Shown: one piece after another, positions 28,293 through 37,053 of the stretch
How the letters are laid out: the number at the start of each line of letters is the position of its first letter
Position numbering within the stretch: the first letter of the stretch is position 1
Source of the DNA: Thermoplasmata archaeon
Lineage (GTDB): Archaea > Thermoplasmatota > Thermoplasmata > Halarchaeoplasmatales > Halarchaeoplasmataceae
Direction of reading: 5' to 3'
Length of the DNA: 55,624 bases
Assembly (NCBI GenBank): GCA_046484045.1
Contig: JAWOBZ010000015.1
Coordinates: 1 to 55,624, forward strand
Translations under genes and position numbers: made by a program
Notes under the pieces: model-generated
What the model was told of the DNA's origin: nothing
Databases searched by the model: none
Seen by the model: the letters and a program-made list of their open reading frames with translations, nothing else

Positions 28293-29339
28293 TTATTTAA
28301 AATAACGTCTAGTTCGATTCGCTATAGCAACCAAAGTCAACATAACTGGAACTTCGACTAGTACTCCCACTACTGTTGCCAATACCGCTCCCGAAGTGAT
28401 ACCGAATACAGAGATGGCAACGGCGACAGCCAACTCGAAGAAATTGCTGGCACCTATCTCAGCAGCAGGGGCCGCGACTTCGTGAGGGAGTTTTAACAGA
28501 TATGACATACCGTATGCTATAGAGAAGATGGTGAAGGTGAATATCGTCAGGGGTATAGCTATCAGTAAAATATGTAGTGGGTTGTTAACTATGATATCTC
28601 CTTGGAAGGAAAAGAGAAGTATCAAAGTCAATAATAGTCCAGGGATGGTAAGATTGCCGACCTTTTCTAAGAACACTTCGTTATACCAGTTTTTTCCTTT
28701 CTTGCCTATCAGATACACTCTAGAGATATATCCGACCGCAAGAGGAACACCGACGTAGAGACCTACAGATAATATCAGTGTATCATAAGGCACCGTTATA
28801 CCGCCTATGCCCAAGAGGAACGTAACAAGAGGAACGTAGGCGAATAGAAGGATTATGTTATTAGTGGAAACTTGGACTAAAGTATATGCAGTGTCACCAT
28901 CGGACAGGTAACTCCACACGAAAACCATAGCGGTACAGGGGGCAGCACCCAACAGCACCGCACCGGCGATATATTCCTTTTGTAGTGTTGGAGATATAAA
29001 ACTACTGAAGATAACGGTCATGAACAACCATATCAATCCGTACATGATGAACGGTTTTATCACCCAATTCGAAGTCCAAGTGACGAATAGACCCTTGGGC
29101 TTTTTCTTTACACCTAGAATACTTTTGAAATCAATCTCCGCCATGGCGGGATAGATCATGAACCAGATCAGTATGGCTATAGGGATATTGACCTTCGCAT
29201 ATTCGAATTCACCAAGCGTGTTAGGAACAAAGGGGATGAATCTTCCTATAGCGACACCGATGGCTATACAAGCAGCCACCCAGACCGTCAGATACTTTTC
29301 GAATAAACTTAATCCCTGTCCCTCTGCCAGATTTAACAC
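28293..29339 (-). CDS. acr3: Acr3 arsenite efflux permease
   Basis: FEKYLTVWV, MIYPAM, APCTAMVFVW, SNFFELAVAVA, VEVPVML. Confidence 0.95.
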   Translation of the reverse strand: MLNLAEGQGLSLFEKYLTVWVAACIAIGVAIGRFIPFVPNTLGEFEYAKVNIPIAILIWFMIYPAMAEIDFKSILGVKKKPKGLFVTWTSNWVIKPFIMYGLIWLFMTVIFSSFISPTLQKEYIAGAVLLGAAPCTAMVFVWSYLSDGDTAYTLVQVSTNNIILLFAYVPLVTFLLGIGGITVPYDTLILSVGLYVGVPLAVGYISRVYLIGKKGKNWYNEVFLEKVGNLTIPGLLLTLILLFSFQGDIIVNNPLHILLIAIPLTIFTFTIFSIAYGMSYLLKLPHEVAAPAAEIGASNFFELAVAVAISVFGITSGAVLATVVGVLVEVPVMLTLVAIANRTRRYFK

Positions 29340-29608
29340 CTCTCTTCCAACCTATCTCCAAGCTCTTTTCCTTTCTCTAAAATTTCGATGATCGCAGGCT
29401 CGGAAACCTTGTAATAGATGCGTTTTCCATCTCTTTTTTTTACGATGAGACCGCAGTCGTACAGCTCTTTAAGATGATGACTGGTCAGAGATTGTTCCAG
29501 ATCCAGACATTCCGCTATCTCGTTCACGCATTTCTCTTCTTTCCCTATACAATAAAGTATCTTTCTGCGGTTGGCGTTACTCAGACACTTATATAAAGAG
29601 TCCTTCAT
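29333..29608 (-). CDS. arsR: ArsR-family regulator
   Basis: LSNANRRKIL, KCVNEIA, QSLTSHHL; directly upstream of acr3. Confidence 0.85.
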   Translation of the reverse strand: MKDSLYKCLSNANRRKILYCIGKEEKCVNEIAECLDLEQSLTSHHLKELYDCGLIVKKRDGKRIYYKVSEPAIIEILEKGKELGDRLEERC

Positions 29609-29627
29609 ATGATTGACTAATCATATG
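29606..29627. promoter_or_regulatory. Perfect 9-4-9 inverted repeat CATATGATT-GACT-AATCATATG, candidate ArsR operator
   Basis: Read directly; overlaps the arsR start codon. Confidence 0.7.
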
Positions 29628-29858
29628 TTATTAAAAAATCTTTTGGTAGTGCGGGCACGCTTATCGACGATGATCTTCAATGACCGGATATCCCCCTACA
29701 TAGAAATCCAATCGATGTGGCCAATAGAAAGATAACGACACTTCCTTTTATCATCAGTGCGAAAACATATTGATCATTTAAATTTCACAACATCCAAAAA
29801 TGTAATTAACCGCTCTATCCATCTATAACTCAGTTATAGAAACAAACATGGAGAGATC

Positions 29859-30539
29859 ATGATGAAGACCCTGCTCATATCGGACATACACGGGAATTAT
29901 GAAGCCCTGAAAAAAGTTCTTACTGAAGAGGATTACGATCGGATCTATTGTATGGGCGACATAGTCGATTATGGACCATCCCCTGAAGAATGCATTACGG
30001 AGATCGCAGATAAGGTGAATATAGTGATACGTGGGAACCACGACAACGCCGTAGCGACTGGAGCGGACTGTGGATGCGGCTATGAGATCAAAGATCTTTC
30101 TGAGGAGGTGAGAGGGATCACAAAAGAACTTTTGAGCGAAGATTCCCTGAAATATCTGAACGACCTGCCTTTTGAAGAAGTGGAAGAAGATATCTTCTTC
30201 ACCCACGCTTCCAAAGGAGACCTGTACAAATACCTGAAACCGGAGACCCCTGAAAAGGAGTTCTCCGATTTCTCCGATGTGGATCAGGATATCCTCCTGT
30301 TGGGGCACACACACATACCTATGGACAGGACCATAGACGGGAAGCGGTATGTAAACCCGGGAAGTTTAGGTCAGCCCAGGGACGGTGATCCAAGGGCTAG
30401 TTATGCTGTTCTTGAAGATGGTAAAGTTGAATTCAAGAGGAAAAGATACGACATAGAGAAAGTGAAGAAAAAACTGGACGAGAAAGGATTTCCCGAACGG
30501 ACCAAGAGGATACTGGAAGCGGGTAAAGTCGTTCAATGA
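29859..30539 (+). CDS. Calcineurin-like metallophosphoesterase
   Basis: SDIHGN, GDIVDYG, GNHD, GHTH, NPGSLGQPRDG; extra CGC motif. Confidence 0.9.
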   Translation: MMKTLLISDIHGNYEALKKVLTEEDYDRIYCMGDIVDYGPSPEECITEIADKVNIVIRGNHDNAVATGADCGCGYEIKDLSEEVRGITKELLSEDSLKYLNDLPFEEVEEDIFFTHASKGDLYKYLKPETPEKEFSDFSDVDQDILLLGHTHIPMDRTIDGKRYVNPGSLGQPRDGDPRASYAVLEDGKVEFKRKRYDIEKVKKKLDEKGFPERTKRILEAGKVVQ

Positions 30540-30662
30540 ATGATCGTAGCTCAATTCCGATTGATATCTGTTGGTCGTACTAAAAAACTATTTGAAAATA
30601 AATAAACAAAAAGTTTCAATGAAGGGGTTTTTAAGGCCGTGTCTAGAGGTCACAGGTTTTTT

Positions 30663-30899
30663 TCAGTCTTGGAGTAATCCTTTTATCTGCTCGGAATTCA
30701 ATATCTTCCCTGTAGCTATGGTTTCTCCGTCGATCACCAATCCCGGGGTGGCCATCACTCCTCTAGCACTAATCTCTTCTAGACTTTCGACCTTTACTAT
30801 CTCGGCGTCTATTCCGAGTTCTTCGACGGCCTTCTCAACGTTCTTCACGAGTCTTTTGCATTTCGAACATCCGGTTCCGAATATCTCTATTTTTCTCAT
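30663..30899 (-). CDS. Small redox-active disulfide protein (MTH895/thioredoxin_3 family)
   Basis: GTGCSKC and GVMATPGLVIDG. Confidence 0.92.
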   Translation of the reverse strand: MRKIEIFGTGCSKCKRLVKNVEKAVEELGIDAEIVKVESLEEISARGVMATPGLVIDGETIATGKILNSEQIKGLLQD

Positions 30900-30935
30900 T
30901 TTTTATCCATCTCCTTTTTTATTTCCTATATTCTA

Positions 30936-32018
30936 TCATCCAACTATCATACCATACGTGAATCCCATCAAAGTCGAAAGGATCACAACTAGGCCGATAT
31001 AAGCTACCCACTGTTTGAACTCCATTATCCTGAAGAGCACTATCATGTTGGGTAAACTCAGTGAGGGGCCGGCTAGCAACAAACTCAACGCAGGGGCGTC
31101 GCCCATGATCCCTGAATTGTATCCAAACGTGGTTCCGATTATCGGAACTTCTAGTAAGGTGGGCATGTACAGTATAGCACCGATTATGGCCCCGAAAAAT
31201 GATGATAATAAACTGTTGTCCCCGAGATAAGGTCTAAAAGTCTCAGGGGGTAAAAAATATGCAATTATGCCAACGATGAACGTACCCGCTATCAGTATCG
31301 GAAATATCTTCTTTGTCAAGTCCCAGGTTTCGTAACCCCACTCTGTGACTTCACTTTTTTCATAATAATATATGAGTATGATAGCGATGAAGATCGTCAG
31401 TATGTAGATGATGCCTAATTTTGGTGCCCAGGCCAGGCTAGAAGCCCCTATGACCAATATAGCAACCAATGATGCAAAAACACTCAACTTGATCCAGAAA
31501 GGTCTGTCAGGGTCATCATCGTTTATCGTCGTAATTTGATTATTCTTACTCGTCTCATCATCATGTGTCTTGAATAAATTAGACATCAGAAACGCTATGA
31601 CGAATGCCATGGCGACCGCGGCTACCGCTCTTGCCAATCCGAGCTCGTATCCCAAGACGTTGGCCGTGTAAACGATAGCTAAAATATTGATGGCCGGTCC
31701 TGAATACAAGAAAGCCGTAGCCGGTCCGACCCCGCTGCCTTTTTTATACAATCCGGCGAACATGGGAAGGATGGTACAGCTGCATACGGCCAGTATCGCC
31801 CCGGAAATGGAAGCGATGGGATAGGAAATCCTCTTCTTCACATCCGGGCCCAGATATTTCAGTATGGCGTCCTTCTTGATGAATGCCGAGATAGCGCCGG
31901 CGATAAAGAACGCAGGGACTAAACAGGTGAGCACGTGCTCTGATAGGTATTCGTAAACGCTGAGCAGACCGCTCATAAGGACCGCGTAAAGTATATCCAA
32001 CATGGCATCTAGGCCCAT
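30936..32018 (-). CDS. ArsP/DUF318 permease
   Basis: HVLTCLVPAFFIAG, VCSCTILP, SGPAIN, LLAGPSLSLP. Start may be 32003. Confidence 0.9.
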   Translation of the reverse strand: MGLDAMLDILYAVLMSGLLSVYEYLSEHVLTCLVPAFFIAGAISAFIKKDAILKYLGPDVKKRISYPIASISGAILAVCSCTILPMFAGLYKKGSGVGPATAFLYSGPAINILAIVYTANVLGYELGLARAVAAVAMAFVIAFLMSNLFKTHDDETSKNNQITTINDDDPDRPFWIKLSVFASLVAILVIGASSLAWAPKLGIIYILTIFIAIILIYYYEKSEVTEWGYETWDLTKKIFPILIAGTFIVGIIAYFLPPETFRPYLGDNSLLSSFFGAIIGAILYMPTLLEVPIIGTTFGYNSGIMGDAPALSLLLAGPSLSLPNMIVLFRIMEFKQWVAYIGLVVILSTLMGFTYGMIVG

Positions 32019-32055
32019 TTCAACTTATTTTGAAACATTCTATACCCCTCCCTTT

Positions 32056-32087
32056 AATAAACTTTACGGTTTCAAATCTTTTTGAAA
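32056..32087 (-). promoter_or_regulatory. TATA plus perfect TTTCAAA-N4-TTTGAAA palindrome; second copy at 32018-32035
   Basis: Palindrome at 32070-32087; shares flanks with 28063-28094. Confidence 0.65.
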
Positions 32088-32266
32088 TGCATCCCCCGCC
32101 TCCCGCCACACAAAATCTGAATAAAAATACGTTATGTACAATTATTGTATAAACAATACATGTGTTGGTGAACATGCCATCCATTTTTGAATCGAAGTAT
32201 TTCCAGATATTTTCCGGTAAGGATATATCAATTACTCACGAGTACCTTACTCTAGAGTTAACTCAT

Positions 32267-32827
32267 TCATAACCTAACCTCGATTATCTCTTTGGTGTAT
32301 TCCACCCTGGGTTCCATCTTCTCCTTAACGCCCAAGGTATCAGAGATCTCTACCACGTCGTCCAAGAGTTCAACAGGGAGACCCGCTCTTATATCCCTAA
32401 GTATCTTCTGGACGTAGATCTCCCAGTCTCCGACCATCAACCTCATGAAGAACACCACCTCCGGATCCGCTACGTGACCTATTTTTTCTTTCGTACTCCT
32501 GTACCGTTTAACATAATCTACGAATTCGTCCGCTGTTTTTTTTCCGGAAAAATATCTTGGGTCGATGAACTCCACGGTTCTCCAAGTATTCTCGTGCATG
32601 AATTCCGTCTCCACCATGGTCTTTATCCTGTCGATCACTTTAAACCTGGGACTGCCCTTCAATTTAATCTCCAAGTCGGAAAACCCCTTTGCGGTCAGGA
32701 CGAAGTCCAGATCCTCGGTGCCGATATCCCATCCCCTACTCTCTATGGCGGAACCGCCTACCACTATGTAATCCACATCGATATCTTTCAATTCCCCACA
32801 GACCTCTTCCAAGAAATTGTTTATCAC
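32267..32827 (-). CDS. Pol-beta-superfamily nucleotidyltransferase (AbiEii-like putative toxin)
   Basis: YIVVGGSA...GTEDLDF (GG..DxD) motif; 4-bp overlap with the upstream gene. Confidence 0.75.
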   Translation of the reverse strand: MINNFLEEVCGELKDIDVDYIVVGGSAIESRGWDIGTEDLDFVLTAKGFSDLEIKLKGSPRFKVIDRIKTMVETEFMHENTWRTVEFIDPRYFSGKKTADEFVDYVKRYRSTKEKIGHVADPEVVFFMRLMVGDWEIYVQKILRDIRAGLPVELLDDVVEISDTLGVKEKMEPRVEYTKEIIEVRL

Positions 32828-33390
32828 GGGATCACCTCTCTCACCCTGTTCCTGTCGATAATCTTCAAAAGTCGTTCTCTATCCAACGAGGTCTCCACAG
32901 CGGGAAGATCAAGATAATCCTGCAGGTAAACTTCCGAGGCCTGCTTTTCAAGACCTTCCTGGACGATCCTTTTCTGCAGGTAATCACTATCGATATCACT
33001 CCTGTCTACCATACCTCTAGCAGCTAGTGGATCTAATTTCAACATGAATACGATAACATCCTCGAACTGTGGTATGGCCGTGCTTTTAGAGAAAGGGGTC
33101 ATGCTTTCAAAAGTCTCTACCCTGACCTCGCCCTCGATAACACCTTTGTATTCCCTGGGAACGATGACGGTATCCGGTATCCGCATGGGATATCTCAAGA
33201 CCCTGGTGTACGAAGAATCTATCCACAAGATGGGAATACCGGACTTCGATGCCTTTTTCGCATCTTCTTTAGAGTTGATAACCAATTTGAACTTCTTCTG
33301 AGGGCGGTGAGATCTTTTCCCCACTGCTTTGAATACGTCTGGATATCTTTCGTATTTATCCGATTTTTGAAGGTTTTCCGTCAACTCCAT
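32824..33390 (-). CDS. Hypothetical protein, putative AbiEi-like antitoxin
   Basis: Translationally coupled upstream of the nucleotidyltransferase; palindromic promoter. Family assignment is inferred from context only. Confidence 0.5.
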   Translation of the reverse strand: MELTENLQKSDKYERYPDVFKAVGKRSHRPQKKFKLVINSKEDAKKASKSGIPILWIDSSYTRVLRYPMRIPDTVIVPREYKGVIEGEVRVETFESMTPFSKSTAIPQFEDVIVFMLKLDPLAARGMVDRSDIDSDYLQKRIVQEGLEKQASEVYLQDYLDLPAVETSLDRERLLKIIDRNRVREVIP

Positions 33391-33406
33391 ATATCTAAAT
33401 TTTGTT

Positions 33407-33426
33407 AATAAGTATATATACTTATT
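33407..33426. promoter_or_regulatory. Perfect 20-bp palindrome AATAAGTATATATACTTATT over the TATA box
   Basis: Read directly; centred about 26 bp upstream of ATG 33390. Confidence 0.65.
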
Positions 33427-33442
33427 GATGATATTAAGGGCA

Positions 33443-34477
33443 TTATAACCTATCTTTCAATTTCCCGATTATATCCACCGGGGACGGGTCCCTTCCATAC
33501 AAGAACGCCAAGTAGATACTCACATAATCTCCTAAATACACTAAATATAATATACGCGCGAGCTGGGTCTCTCCCTTGGTCCAAACGTCGATGATGTCTT
33601 CCGTCCTCTTTTCGAAGACCAATTCCTTTGTGAGCTCGATCCTCTTGATTATCCTTTCATCCTCCTCTTCATCCCTTAGAAGCACCGGTATGAACATTGA
33701 GGCGTGCTCGTCCGCGTTCCACCCCACGATCTCGTTGTGGTTCATCTCGGGGATCTCTCCGAACCACGAGAGCACTTCGGCGTTCTCGTTGAACTGGGTG
33801 TGCCATCTGTTGGCAACGGCATTATAAATCGAATGACCGTAGATTATCGGTATCTTACCGTGGATCCGACGTGCCAGTTGTTTAGCGATGTTGTCCTTCT
33901 CTGGCACCTCGGGTTTGATCAGGTCCCTGAGCTTCTTGACCTCTGCCAAGGTATCTATTATAGCGACGTCGGAATCGTATATCATCAATTCCGATAGCAG
34001 CTTAAGTACCGGGATGAACATGAAAGCTATGGCAGCCCTCGGATGATAATTTTTCGGAGCCTGGATGAAGACGACACCTTTCCCCTGGCATCTCTTACAG
34101 AGTTCTCCGTCGGAGCTTATTGCCACTACTTTAGCACCTCTTTTCATCCCTATATCAGCGGCTGAAAGCGTCTCTTCGGTGTTCCCGGAATAGGATACTA
34201 CGAACAGCAGGGTGTTTTCGGAAACGAAAGACGGGAGGGTGTAGTCCTTGTTCACATAGATAGGTATGCTTATCCTGTTAGCCAGGAAGCTCTTCAGTGT
34301 ATCTCCCACGATACCCGAGCCCCCCATACCGGTGAGTACGATGTTCTCGGGCTGGAAGGGAAGCAGGTTCAGTTCCAAGCCTTCAACCACCTCTTCTATC
34401 TGTTCGGGAAAGTTCTCCAGTACGCCCAACATATCCTCGGAGTCCATCTCTTTCATCTTATCCAGGTCGTCTAACAT
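33443..34477 (-). CDS. Bifunctional phosphoglucose/phosphomannose isomerase
   Basis: GMGGSG, SYSGNTEET, PRAA, QFNENA, PEMNHNE. Confidence 0.92.
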   Translation of the reverse strand: MLDDLDKMKEMDSEDMLGVLENFPEQIEEVVEGLELNLLPFQPENIVLTGMGGSGIVGDTLKSFLANRISIPIYVNKDYTLPSFVSENTLLFVVSYSGNTEETLSAADIGMKRGAKVVAISSDGELCKRCQGKGVVFIQAPKNYHPRAAIAFMFIPVLKLLSELMIYDSDVAIIDTLAEVKKLRDLIKPEVPEKDNIAKQLARRIHGKIPIIYGHSIYNAVANRWHTQFNENAEVLSWFGEIPEMNHNEIVGWNADEHASMFIPVLLRDEEEDERIIKRIELTKELVFEKRTEDIIDVWTKGETQLARILYLVYLGDYVSIYLAFLYGRDPSPVDIIGKLKDRL

Positions 34478-34567
34478 GATCGTTCACTGTAGACCTTTAC
34501 ATCGATGAAGAATAAATATGTTATGATAACCAAAAGTCTATTATAAACCCGTTTAATCCTAAAAACG

Positions 34568-35269
34568 ATGAAAGATTCCATTGAAGATGCGATAGCTCAC
34601 CTGGAAAACGGCGGGTTCGTGATGGTATTCGATGCAGACAAGAGAGAGAACGAGACGGACCTAGTCACACCGTCTATCACCATCACACCGAATAAAATCC
34701 GGACACTCAGAAAAGATGCAGGAGGTCTCATATGCGTGACCGTTCCTCCGGTGACCTGGTTGAAGCTTAAATTACCCTACCTTCAAGACATATTGTCAAA
34801 GTGCGCAGAGGATAACCCACTCCTCAAGGAGATGAAAGCTGACGATATCCCTTACGACGAGAAGTCCACTTTCTCGCTCACCATCAATCATAGGGACACA
34901 TTCACCGGTATCCCAGACAGGGATCGTGCACTTACCATCAAACGCTTCGCCGAGATGTCACAGACGTTTCCAGAGATGACCCACGACGAAGCTATACGCA
35001 TGTTCGGAGAAGAGTTCAGGAGCCCTGGCCATGTTTTCTTACTCAATGCGACCGAGGGACTTCTAGGCAACCGAAGAGGCCACACGGAGCTGACAACAGC
35101 CCTTTTAGAGCTCACCGATATCTACCCCAGCATGACCATCTGCGAGATGCTGGCAGACGACGGTTCCAGCCTATCGGAAGAAGATGCGGTCAAGTACGGT
35201 AAAGAGAACGATATCCCGCTGATAGAGGGAGACGACGTCAAGGAAGCGTGGGAGGAACAGTATGGCTGA
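34568..35269 (+). CDS. ribB: 3,4-dihydroxy-2-butanone-4-phosphate synthase
   Basis: DKRENETD, FTGIPDRDRALT, FRSPGH, RGHTE. Confidence 0.95.
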   Translation: MKDSIEDAIAHLENGGFVMVFDADKRENETDLVTPSITITPNKIRTLRKDAGGLICVTVPPVTWLKLKLPYLQDILSKCAEDNPLLKEMKADDIPYDEKSTFSLTINHRDTFTGIPDRDRALTIKRFAEMSQTFPEMTHDEAIRMFGEEFRSPGHVFLLNATEGLLGNRRGHTELTTALLELTDIYPSMTICEMLADDGSSLSEEDAVKYGKENDIPLIEGDDVKEAWEEQYG

Positions 35270-35720
35270 GAGGGTGGTCATGGCGGCAGGCGTTTTCGAT
35301 CTACTGCACCTGGGCCACATACATTACCTCGAAGAAGCTAGATCACTGGGCGATAGATTAGTCGTGGTGGTCGCGTGTGACGAGACCGTCAGGAAGAACA
35401 AACACGAACCGCTTATGACTCAAGACGTCAGGGCGGAGATGGTCGAATCTTTGAAACCCGTGGACGAAGTCAAGATCGGCTACGAGGGCGACATGTTCAA
35501 GATCGTCAAGGAGATCTCTCCGGATATCATAGCCCTCGGTTATGACCAGAGGCACGACGTGGACATGATCAGACACGAACTAAAAAAGAGGGGGCTGGAC
35601 ATCGAGGTCAGGAGGATGGGACACTACGACAACGACCTCGATGGGACGAGAAAGATAATAAGAAAGATAATAGATTGGTACTCGATGAAGAAGAACTTAG
35701 AGAGGGTGGAGGGAGCATGA
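35262..35720 (+). CDS. ribL: Archaeal FAD synthase
   Basis: GVFDLLHLGH (HxGH) and PDIIALGYDQ; sits in the rib operon. Confidence 0.88.
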   Translation: MAERVVMAAGVFDLLHLGHIHYLEEARSLGDRLVVVVACDETVRKNKHEPLMTQDVRAEMVESLKPVDEVKIGYEGDMFKIVKEISPDIIALGYDQRHDVDMIRHELKKRGLDIEVRRMGHYDNDLDGTRKIIRKIIDWYSMKKNLERVEGA

Positions 35721-36181
35721 AGAAGATCGGTATAGCGGACACGACATTCGCGAGGTACGATATGTACGGCAGTGCCGTGGACGAACTCAACAGCATCGGA
35801 ACGGGCTTTGTTATAGAGAGGTACACGGTTCCAGGCATCAAGGACTTAGCGATAGCATGTCAGAAACTTATCAACAGTGGATGCGAGTTGGTGATGGCTC
35901 TCGGTATGCCGGGACCCGAACCCATAGACAAGCAGTGTGCCGACCAGGCCTCCAGGGCGATACTGAACGTCGAGATAAAACACGACGTGCACATACTGGA
36001 GGTGTTCGTCCACGAAGATGAGGCCGAAACAGATGAAGAATTAGCCTCCTTGGCGGACAACAGAGCCAGGGAGCATGCGGTTAACGCTTACGACCTCCTT
36101 TTCAGACCCGAAAGATTACAGGAGATGGCGGGAACGGGTCAAAGAGAAGGTCATCCAGACGCGGAACCTTTAAGGAGATGA
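35717..36181 (+). CDS. ribC: Archaeal riboflavin synthase
   Basis: MKKIGIADTTFARYDM, TVPGIKDL, EVFVHEDE, GTGQREG. Start at ATG 35717 overlaps the ribL stop. Confidence 0.93.
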   Translation: MKKIGIADTTFARYDMYGSAVDELNSIGTGFVIERYTVPGIKDLAIACQKLINSGCELVMALGMPGPEPIDKQCADQASRAILNVEIKHDVHILEVFVHEDEAETDEELASLADNRAREHAVNAYDLLFRPERLQEMAGTGQREGHPDAEPLRR

Positions 36182-36185
36182 TAAT

Positions 36186-36599
36186 ATGACGACCGAAATG
36201 AATATAGGAATAGTGGTGTCGGAATTTCACTACGACATAACACACATGATGTTGGAAAGGGCGAAGGAACACGCTAAGTTCCTGGGAGTTAAAGTGGCAA
36301 AGGTTGTGCACGTCCCGGGCGTGTTCGATATGCCTCTGGCGATCCAGAAAATGCTCAAGGACGACAAGATAGACGGCGTGGTCACTCTCGGAGCCGTTAT
36401 CAAGGGAGAGACGAAACACGACGAGACGGTGATGTCCCAGACATCTAGGAAGATAACCGACCTGGCTCTACAGTACGAGAAACCAGTGGGTCTAGGTATC
36501 ACCGGACCCGGTATGACCAGGATGCAGGCAGAAGTGAGGATCGAGAGGGCGAAAGCCGCAGTAGAAAGCGTAGTGAAGATGTACGAGAACTCGGAGTAA
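36186..36599 (+). CDS. ribH: 6,7-dimethyl-8-ribityllumazine synthase
   Basis: IVVSEF, VPGVFDMP, LGAVIKGETKHD. Confidence 0.95.
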   Translation: MTTEMNIGIVVSEFHYDITHMMLERAKEHAKFLGVKVAKVVHVPGVFDMPLAIQKMLKDDKIDGVVTLGAVIKGETKHDETVMSQTSRKITDLALQYEKPVGLGITGPGMTRMQAEVRIERAKAAVESVVKMYENSE

Positions 36600-36651
36600 A
36601 ATAGGGAACAGATAGGTAAAGTTAAGTAAATCGACACAATATACCCCTTCG

Positions 36652-37053
36652 ATGCCTTACTCCATCCCGAGTGATGACGAAGTAAGGGATGCACTCGAGA
36701 GCGTCTTGAGAAGGATGAAAGCGGTGGGTTCCTTGACAAAGTTGAGGAAACTCGTCATAAGGGAACTCAAGATCAAGGACCCGGAATACACGGTCAGCAT
36801 GGGACGTTTGAGGAATATCGCGGTTAACGAACCCTATGTAGATGTCAACATAGAAGCACGGGAGAACGAGGGCACTGAAACCCTTAAAGGTAAATGTCCC
36901 GTCTGCGATTCAAAGTTAAAAACTACCAAGAACGAGACCCTCTTCGGAGGGACCGTGAACCTGGGTTACCAATGCACCAACTGTCCTTACTGGACCACTC
37001 TTAAGAGAAGGGTACCGACGAGGTACCGATTCGAGTACGAAAAACAAGATTGA
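36652..37053 (+). CDS. Hypothetical zinc-ribbon protein
   Basis: CPVC...CTNC; basic helical N-terminus. Confidence 0.7.
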   Translation: MPYSIPSDDEVRDALESVLRRMKAVGSLTKLRKLVIRELKIKDPEYTVSMGRLRNIAVNEPYVDVNIEARENEGTETLKGKCPVCDSKLKTTKNETLFGGTVNLGYQCTNCPYWTTLKRRVPTRYRFEYEKQD

